A stretch of 64,000 nt of DNA. It comes from Terriglobales bacterium (GTDB taxonomy: Bacteria; Acidobacteriota; Terriglobia; Terriglobales; Acidobacteriaceae). The translations under genes were made by a program, and so were the position numbers. Below the pieces are notes generated by a model that was not told the DNA's origin, ran no database searches, and was given only the letters and a program-made list of their open reading frames with translations. Below, one piece after another: positions 58,020 to 64,000 of the stretch (its first letter is position 1; each line of letters begins with the position of its first letter). The stretch is from contig JBEKQC010000017.1 of the NCBI GenBank assembly GCA_049520095.1, positions 2,701-66,700 on the forward strand. The letters are read 5' to 3'.

Positions 58020-59624
58020 CTAGTCCAATAAATCGTAACTGGCAAGCGTCAGAAATTCCGCAAACTCCGTACTCGTCGTCAGGTCTTCGAGAACTCGAGC
58101 CGCTTGGCGCAACTTCTCATCGTTACCCAAACCGACGCCCAATTCCCCTGCCCGCTGGTGGATAATCTCCTTCACCATGTCTGCCGTCACCAGCCTGCCA
58201 TCTTTGAGGTGCGCGCCGTGCTTGACCCATTGCCACACCTGGGCGCGGCAGATTTCACAGGTCGCCGCATCCTCCATCAGGTTATAGATTGGAACGCAAC
58301 CCGATCCCTGCAGCCATGAATGCAGGTACTGCAGCCCAACGTCGATGTTCCAACGCAATCCTTCGTCGGTAATATCGCCTGTGGGAACGTCAAGCAGATC
58401 TTTCGCCTGCACTGTCCGGCTGGCACGCTCAGTCGATTTCTTATCCGAAGAAATCTGATTCGGTTCCGGCATGTACTTATCGAAAATCTCTTTTGCCACC
58501 GGCACCAGTCCCGGATGTGCAACCCATGTCCCGTCATGGCCGGCCTTCACCTCACGAAGTTTGTCGCGCCGCACTTTCTCCAGCGCCTGTTCGTTGGCCG
58601 CCGCATCGTTCCGTATCGGAATCTGCGCTGCCATTCCCCCCATCGCATGGATGCCGCGCCGGTGGCAGATTTGAACCAGCAATTCGACGTAGGAGCTCAG
58701 GAAATGCGTCTCCATCGTGACCAGCGATCGATCCGGCAGAACGAATTCAGGATGCGCCTGAAACTTCTTGATGTAGCTGAAAATGTAGTCCCAGCGTCCG
58801 CAGTTCAGTCCCGCCGAATGGTCGCGCAATTCGTAAAGGATCTCGTCCATTTCAAACGCCGCCAGAATGGTTTCGATCAGGACGGTGGCGCGAATCGATC
58901 CGCGCGGGATCTTCAGTTCGTCCTGCGCAAAACAAAACACGTCGTTCCACAGCCGCGCTTCCACATGATTCTCCAGCTTCGGCAGGTAGAAGTAAGGGCC
59001 GGTGCCCTTGTTCAGCAAGGCGGCAGCATTGTGAAAAAAGAACAGACCAAAATCAAACAGCGCACCGGAAATCGGCTTCCCCTCAACCAGAAAGTGCTTT
59101 TCGTCCAGGTGCCATCCCCGCGGCCGCACCATCAGCGTGGCTAGATTGGATCCAAGCTGGTATTGTTTTCCCTCAGGACTCACGTACAGGATCGTCCCAC
59201 GAATCGCGTCCCGCAGGTTGTGCTGGCCTTCAATATTATTGCTCCAGGTGGGCGAATTGGAGTCCTCGAAATCAGCCATGAAAACGCTGGCCCCGGAGTT
59301 CAACGCGTTGATAATCATCTTGCGATCGACCGGCCCGGTAATTTCCACGCGGCGATCGAGCAAGTCCTTCGGGATCGGCGCCACTTTCCACTCGCGTTGG
59401 CGGATCTCAGCCGTCTCCGGCAGAAAATGCGGAGAAATGCCGTGATCGATTTCCTGCTGCACGGTTCGCCTCCGCGCCAGCAGTTCCTGCCGCCGGGACT
59501 CGAAGCGAGCCGCAAGTTTCAACAGGAATGCCTGGGCTTCCGCTGTAAGAATGCCAGCCTCAATCTGCTTCTGGGTCAGCGCCGGGCTCTCAACGGAGTT
59601 CTTCTCAACAATAGTCGGGTTCAT
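58020..59624 (-). CDS. aceB: malate synthase A
   Basis: Contains [37 protein letters not shown] and RPRGWHL. Length (534 aa) is typical of the A-type enzyme. Confidence 0.93.
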   Translation of the reverse strand: MNPTIVEKNSVESPALTQKQIEAGILTAEAQAFLLKLAARFESRRQELLARRRTVQQEIDHGISPHFLPETAEIRQREWKVAPIPKDLLDRRVEITGPVDRKMIINALNSGASVFMADFEDSNSPTWSNNIEGQHNLRDAIRGTILYVSPEGKQYQLGSNLATLMVRPRGWHLDEKHFLVEGKPISGALFDFGLFFFHNAAALLNKGTGPYFYLPKLENHVEARLWNDVFCFAQDELKIPRGSIRATVLIETILAAFEMDEILYELRDHSAGLNCGRWDYIFSYIKKFQAHPEFVLPDRSLVTMETHFLSSYVELLVQICHRRGIHAMGGMAAQIPIRNDAAANEQALEKVRRDKLREVKAGHDGTWVAHPGLVPVAKEIFDKYMPEPNQISSDKKSTERASRTVQAKDLLDVPTGDITDEGLRWNIDVGLQYLHSWLQGSGCVPIYNLMEDAATCEICRAQVWQWVKHGAHLKDGRLVTADMVKEIIHQRAGELGVGLGNDEKLRQAARVLEDLTTSTEFAEFLTLASYDLLD

Positions 59625-59784
59625 AGGTCAACATCATAGTCGTTCGCCGCGCCGTTTGCAGACCTGCATCCCACCCACTAGGTCATTTTGACCCACTGGC
59701 TCCCGGCGGACAGCGCCGTTTGTCAGGAGGCGTACTTCGCGTTCTACTGCACCTGGACGCAAACTTCTGAACGGGGATACACAA

Positions 59785-61245
59785 ATGATGCTTTCGACCT
59801 CCAACCGGCACGGCAGCAACGGGCAAGGCAACAACTGGCAGAGCAGCCCTCGATGGCGTGGTATCGCGCGTCCGTACACCCAAAGCGATGTGAACCGCCT
59901 TCGAGGCTCGTTCCAGATCGAACACACCATCGCCCGCCACGGCGCGGAACGCCTCTGGAGCCTGCTGCATGACAAAGCCGAACCGTTCATCCCCGCGCTC
60001 GGCGCCATGACTGGCAACCAGGCCGTCCAGCAAGTCAAGGCTGGATTGAAGGCCATCTATATAAGCGGCTGGCAGGTCGCCGCCGACGCCAACAACGCCG
60101 GCCAGATGTACCCCGACCAAAGTCTCTATCCCGCCGACAGCGTGCCCAATCTCGTGCGCCGTGTCAATCAGGCCCTGATGCGCGCAGACCAGATCCACCA
60201 CGCCGAAGGTCTGAACGGCGTCAACTGGTTCCCACCGCTCATCGCCGACGCCGAAGCTGGCTTCGGCGGCAACCTCAATGCCTTCGAACTAATGAAGGCT
60301 ATGATCGAAGCGGGCGCCGCCTGCGTTCATTTTGAGGACCAGCTTTCATCCGCCAAGAAGTGCGGCCACCTGGGTGGCAAAGTGCTGGTGCCGACCACCG
60401 AAGCGATCCAGAAACTGGTCGCAGCCCGGCTCGCTGCCGATGTGATGGGCGTTCCGACCTTGATCATGGCTCGCACCGACGCCGACAGCGCCACGCTTCT
60501 GACCAGCGACATCGACCCGCGCGACCGCGAATTCGTGACCCGCCAGCGCACCGTCGAAGGCTTCTACCACATTAAGAGCGGTTTAAAGTCCGCCATCGCC
60601 CGCGGCCTTGCCTATGCCCCCTATGCCGACATTCTCTGGTGTGAAACCTCCAAACCCGATCTCGAGGAAGCCCGCGAATTCGCCGAGGCCATTCATAAGG
60701 TCTATCCCGGCAAGTTGCTGGCTTATAACTGCTCGCCCTCATTCAACTGGAAGAAGAATCTGGACGACGCCACCATCGCCGCCTTCCAGCACGAGCTTGG
60801 CCGCATGGGATACAAGTTCCAGTTCATCACGCTGGCGGGGTTCCACGCGCTCAACCTGGCCATGTTCGAACTCGCCCGCGGCTACAAGCAGGCTGGCATG
60901 ACCGCTTACTCGCGTCTGCAGGAAAAGGAATTCCTGCGCGAGCAGCAGGTCGGCTATGAAGCCGTGAAGCACCAGCGCTTCGTCGGAACCGGATACTTCG
61001 ATGCGGTGCAGCAGGTAATCACCAGCGGCACCACGTCCACCATGGCGCTCGAAGGCTCAACGGAGGAAGCGCAGTTCACCGACGACACAACTGTGCAAAC
61101 GGGACATGGCCACGGCATCACGACTACTATGACTATGACGGATCCGTCATTCGATCCCTTGCTGACCGATGCATTGCTGTCCGATCCATCGCTGCTGTCC
61201 CCTTGCTGGGAGGCATCGGACGAACTGATGCCCTCGGGAGACTAA
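59785..61245 (+). CDS. aceA: isocitrate lyase with about 55-aa C-terminal extension
   Basis: Contains the [14 protein letters not shown] signature, [14 protein letters not shown] and [12 protein letters not shown]. The canonical C-terminus ..GSTEEAQF is followed by extra Thr/Asp/Leu-rich residues. Confidence 0.93.
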   Translation: MMLSTSNRHGSNGQGNNWQSSPRWRGIARPYTQSDVNRLRGSFQIEHTIARHGAERLWSLLHDKAEPFIPALGAMTGNQAVQQVKAGLKAIYISGWQVAADANNAGQMYPDQSLYPADSVPNLVRRVNQALMRADQIHHAEGLNGVNWFPPLIADAEAGFGGNLNAFELMKAMIEAGAACVHFEDQLSSAKKCGHLGGKVLVPTTEAIQKLVAARLAADVMGVPTLIMARTDADSATLLTSDIDPRDREFVTRQRTVEGFYHIKSGLKSAIARGLAYAPYADILWCETSKPDLEEAREFAEAIHKVYPGKLLAYNCSPSFNWKKNLDDATIAAFQHELGRMGYKFQFITLAGFHALNLAMFELARGYKQAGMTAYSRLQEKEFLREQQVGYEAVKHQRFVGTGYFDAVQQVITSGTTSTMALEGSTEEAQFTDDTTVQTGHGHGITTTMTMTDPSFDPLLTDALLSDPSLLSPCWEASDELMPSGD

Positions 61246-61297
61246 CGTCTTAACAGGCTGCAGAAACCGCTGAAAAAGTCAGCGTTGCCTTGATTGC

Positions 61298-61405
61298 GGG
61301 TGGCGCAGCGGCTCTCCGTTGCGACAGGTAAGCTTGTTTTCAGGTTGGCTTTAGCTGCTTTTAGCTGCTGAGGTGAGACTGCGCCGCTCTTCCGCAACAA
61401 GCCAA
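61298..61405. repeat. GGGTGGCGCAGC hairpin element downstream of aceA
   Basis: The sequence gggtggcGCAGCGGctctCCGTTGCgac forms a stem with a change relative to the 43452 copy that preserves pairing. The motif ctttagctgc follows and is duplicated in tandem (ttagctgcttttagctgc). Confidence 0.45.
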
Positions 61406-61409
61406 ACAC

Positions 61410-61610
61410 TCACGCGTGTTCCGTCTTTGACCGTTCGCGCTTGTCTTCGCGAAGCTGTGCTGCCGTAAAGGCCGAGCCGCAAGTCCCGCATCTCCAGCTT
61501 GTAAACGCGCTGGTCACCAGGCTTGGCCCGTCATTTGTACTCTGGGGTTGGCTCGCACGCACCGCCAGAACCAGCTCCCCACCGCAGTCCGAACATTTAC
61601 GTTTTTGCAT
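61410..61610 (-). CDS. small zinc-ribbon protein
   Basis: Reads MQKRKCSDCGGELVLAV....WRCGTCGSAFTAAQL, giving two CxxC pairs. The track start is a TTG at 61622. Confidence 0.4.
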   Translation of the reverse strand: MQKRKCSDCGGELVLAVRASQPQSTNDGPSLVTSAFTSWRCGTCGSAFTAAQLREDKRERSKTEHA

Positions 61611-62024
61611 AGCCCCAGTCAAAGTCTCGTTCCAAGACTCGTTCTAAAGAGAAAGAATAGGCCGCTCAGACGCAGCGTCCCCAGACTTAATCCTCCATCT
61701 ACTATGGCACAGATATCCGGAAACAACTGGTCAATATTGACCGTCTTTTGCTGCGCCGCTGCTGCCTCCACGAGCTGAATGAAGGACGCGAGGAGGTTCG
61801 ACATAAAAAAGATCGCTACGAAATTAGGACCCGCACCGATTCGAAGAACCTGCAGACGGAACTAGACCAACTGAAGGCGATGACTCCGATTCCAACGGCT
61901 CCGATTGCAACCGCTTTGGATAGACCGCACAGCGACGACACACTCGGGAGGAGCGCATTGGCGTGTGTAGTCCGGGTCAATGAAAGTGGGTCAAAATAAG
62001 AAGCACCCAGCGCAACCGAGAATG

Positions 62025-62234
62025 CTAGGCGCTAACCCGCACGGATACCAACTCTGGGCTGCAGTGGGAATTCTGCATCGACTTGACCGCGTCTTCCGCC
62101 GTAAATCTCCCCATCACCAGGGCCAGTTTGCGGTCAGTCGTCGTCTGGATGGGAAGCCGATCGATCCGCAGCACGTATTGAGGAGCGTGAGCACCGCCGC
62201 GGTTGACTTTTACAACAAACTTGATATTTTTCAT
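62025..62234 (-). CDS. small hypothetical protein (69 aa)
   Basis: The ATG is preceded by GGGAAGGGAACC. It lies downstream of a consensus-like promoter. No family recognised. Confidence 0.35.
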   Translation of the reverse strand: MKNIKFVVKVNRGGAHAPQYVLRIDRLPIQTTTDRKLALVMGRFTAEDAVKSMQNSHCSPELVSVRVSA

Positions 62235-62454
62235 GGTTCCCTTCCCGGTTTTCGATCTGTGTTCTTCGATCTGTCTTATCGCTGCCGCATGGACCTTGAT
62301 CAGCTTGGGTTTGCAGTCGAAAATATCCCCAGCGGACTGGCAGTATCGTAACTCAGACTCCTCCGAGCAATCAAAGAGGAGACACTGTTCAGACAGGCTA
62401 ACTCAGAGGAAATGAAAGAGATAAGGATAACAATTAAGTGCTTGCTCAAGATCA

Positions 62455-62483
62455 ATATTAGGCTTGTAGGCTGCCATTGTCAA
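62455..62483 (-). promoter_or_regulatory. sigma-70-like promoter (TTGACA - 17 nt - TAATAT) facing the 69-aa ORF
   Basis: The minus strand reads TTGACAatggcagcctacaagccTAATAT, a perfect -35 with 17-nt spacing and a -10 matching TATAAT at 4 of 6 positions. The predicted leader to the ATG at 62234 is about 210 nt. Confidence 0.4.
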
Positions 62484-62513
62484 GTATGCCAACATCTTTC
62501 TGGTCAAATAGAA

Positions 62514-62544
62514 CTGACCGGAACCAGTGCCCGGTTCCGGTCAG
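62514..62544 (-). terminator. intrinsic terminator of the SYLF-domain gene
   Basis: A perfect 12-bp stem CTGACCGGAACC/GGTTCCGGTCAG is followed on the minus strand by TTCTATTT. It lies 32 nt after the stop codon. Confidence 0.7.
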
Positions 62545-62575
62545 CGGAAATCATGCTTCCTAGGGGCCTATCAGC

Positions 62576-63292
62576 CTACTTGTTGTCCTCTCTGGCTTCT
62601 GCGATGTGTGCCTGTTGGCCCGCCTCGGACACAGCCTTTACAAAGGCGTTGCCGCTTACGGGAGTTGCAGCCTTGCCCGAAAGGATGTTGCGGAAGTTCA
62701 TGTGCTTGCCATAAATGGCGCGCGTCGAGTCGTTATCCTGCTCCACCACCGCACCTTCCAACGTCAGGCCGGCGAACACGCCTTTCGAGCGCGAGTAGGT
62801 CAGGACTTCGGTATTCAGTAGCCAGTCGGTTCCAGCGGAAGCGTGCCGGCCAACCGGGCCTGCCGCAACCGATCCTTCACCGGTCAGTTCGAACTTGCTG
62901 GAGAGCAGGTGCTGCAAACCCCGGTCGTTCATGATCAGCATGACCAAGTCCACGTCTTCAACGCCGATCTGTAACCCCCAACTCCCACCGCCAACCGAAA
63001 CAAAGGCAGGAGCGCTCCACCCATCAGCTGTGCGGCACGTAGCAACACCTCGACCGTGTTTGCCGCCAAAGATGAAGCCACCTTTGATCAGGTCGGGAAC
63101 TACCAGGATGCACTTTGCGCCGCTTAACACTTCTTCCGGGATGCCTTTGTCGGGCGTCGACATGATGGCGTGCAGAACGTCCACCGATTTTTGCATGCGG
63201 TCGACCGAGTCCTCACGCGCCGATCCTGCCCACGCCATGGTTCCAACCATACCGATCAAACTCATCAATAGCAGCGACATTATCTTTTTCAT
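62576..63292 (-). CDS. SYLF (Ysc84/DUF500) lipid-binding domain protein, secreted
   Basis: Signal peptide followed by AKCILVVPDLIKGGFIFGGKHGRGV...GWSAPAFVSVGGGSWGLQIG...VLTYSRSKGVFAGLTLEG. Confidence 0.85.
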   Translation of the reverse strand: MKKIMSLLLMSLIGMVGTMAWAGSAREDSVDRMQKSVDVLHAIMSTPDKGIPEEVLSGAKCILVVPDLIKGGFIFGGKHGRGVATCRTADGWSAPAFVSVGGGSWGLQIGVEDVDLVMLIMNDRGLQHLLSSKFELTGEGSVAAGPVGRHASAGTDWLLNTEVLTYSRSKGVFAGLTLEGAVVEQDNDSTRAIYGKHMNFRNILSGKAATPVSGNAFVKAVSEAGQQAHIAEAREDNK

Positions 63293-63462
63293 GAATTGTT
63301 CCTTTGGGATCTGCGAAACTAAGAGGAAACGACTTCAGATGAACTGACTTAGCTCAGAGAACCTGAAAGAGAGAGAGGAAGTGCTCGACTCAATCGTCAT
63401 AATCGCACAACCAGCGGCAGGAAAGCTGGTCTACATTGCTCACTTTGGCCAAAGGCTAGGGC

Positions 63463-63536
63463 GTCAGTCTCAGTCTCAGGAAACCCGGATGCTCTCCCTG
63501 ACACATTAGACCTGACACCTGAGAACTGACCACCTG
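63463..63536. repeat. type B repeat, inverted copy (GTCAGTCTCAGTCTCAG ... CTGACAC..CTGACAC CTGAGAA CTGACCA)
   Basis: The left arm is the complement-type of the right arm. On the right arm CTGAC/CTGAG recur at offsets 0, 14, 21 and 28. The spacer is about 18 nt. Confidence 0.6.
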
Positions 63537-63593
63537 CCGGATGTGAGCAATCTTGCTCAGAATAACTGGCCTTCCTCGTGTCATCCTTATTGC

Positions 63594-63800
63594 ATGGAAC
63601 GCGCTTTTCGTCAGTTGCGCGAGCGTTTTCGCAGACGACTCACCAGAATTACCGCGTCCGCTTCGAAGTGGTTTGCTTCCGTTACGCCGCCGGTTCGCGG
63701 TTATGCATCGCAAAGGATGTGTCCGTTCTGCGGCTTAATAACCTCGCGGTCCAAGACGTCTTGCCTGGAGTGCGGGAAATCGCTCGCTCCGGCCGGCTGA
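63594..63800 (+). CDS. small protein with C-terminal zinc ribbon
   Basis: Reads MERAFRQLRERFRRRL....MCPFCGLITSRSKTSCLECGKSL. The start is uncertain (the track gives GTG at 63543). Confidence 0.3.
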   Translation: MERAFRQLRERFRRRLTRITASASKWFASVTPPVRGYASQRMCPFCGLITSRSKTSCLECGKSLAPAG

Positions 63801-63836
63801 ATTTTGCAGACCCTCAATTGCGTGAAGGAGATCGAC

Positions 63837-63983
63837 ATGCTTTGGACAATCTTCGTTGTGCTTGTGATTCTGTGGCTTCTCGGTTTCAGCTTCCACGTCG
63901 CCGGCAGTCTGATTCATTTGCTGCTGGTGGTTGCTCTGGTGATGTTGGTCATTAAGCTGGTGAGCGGCCGACGTATAGCGTAG
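63837..63983 (+). CDS. lmo0937-family small membrane protein (48 aa, below the ORF-track cutoff)
   Basis: Hand translation gives MLWTIFVVLVILWLLGFSFHVAGSLIHLLLVVALVMLVIKLVSGRRIA, matching the MLWTI..LLILWLLG..GG.IH.LLV.A..V..I..I.GRR pattern. GAAGGAG lies upstream. Confidence 0.7.
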   Translation: MLWTIFVVLVILWLLGFSFHVAGSLIHLLLVVALVMLVIKLVSGRRIA

Positions 63984-64000
63984 AGCCGTCGCTTAAGTTT

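Overview
GC-rich chromosomal segment that reads as ordinary core genome. The gene content suggests Acidobacteriota (Terriglobia-like), by inference only: a CarboxypepD_reg-type TonB receptor, DUF1579, the DUF3300/DUF2950 pair, LemA/TPM and many signal-peptide hypotheticals. I support about 55 protein genes and one tRNA-Lys(UUU). I saw no rRNA, CRISPR array, transposase, integrase or prophage genes. Recognisable housekeeping genes are purU, an RNase E/G gene, a rodA-like gene, an mtaB-like gene, rpsU, hisS, aspS, cmk, mutL, a panE-like gene, a suhB-like gene, cysE, cysK, aceB and aceA. Items worth a second look: (1) a molybdoenzyme without export signals whose FeS and NrfD subunits are fused, resembling SoeABC and lying next to cysK-cysE; (2) a divergent cluster of a GcvT-family gene, two tandem CrtI-family flavoproteins and purU, which may be a split THF-linked demethylase; (3) a dispersed family of inverted repeats built from 7-nt phased units, (GTCGTTG)n and CTGAC/CTGAG types, one copy of which sits in frame inside the mtaB-like gene; (4) two further REP-like hairpin families; (5) a GIY-YIG gene broken by a frameshift in a homopolymer; (6) an RNase E/G with a roughly 450-aa disordered insert inside the S1 domain; (7) a divergent Hfq-like gene 22 bp downstream of the molybdoenzyme gene; (8) two TGTGA-N6-TCAC palindromes upstream of a ferredoxin gene; (9) several plausible micro-ORFs below the 60-aa cutoff of the ORF track. 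CDS coordinates include the stop codon, as in the supplied track. Many starts are uncertain. No database searches or computations were run.
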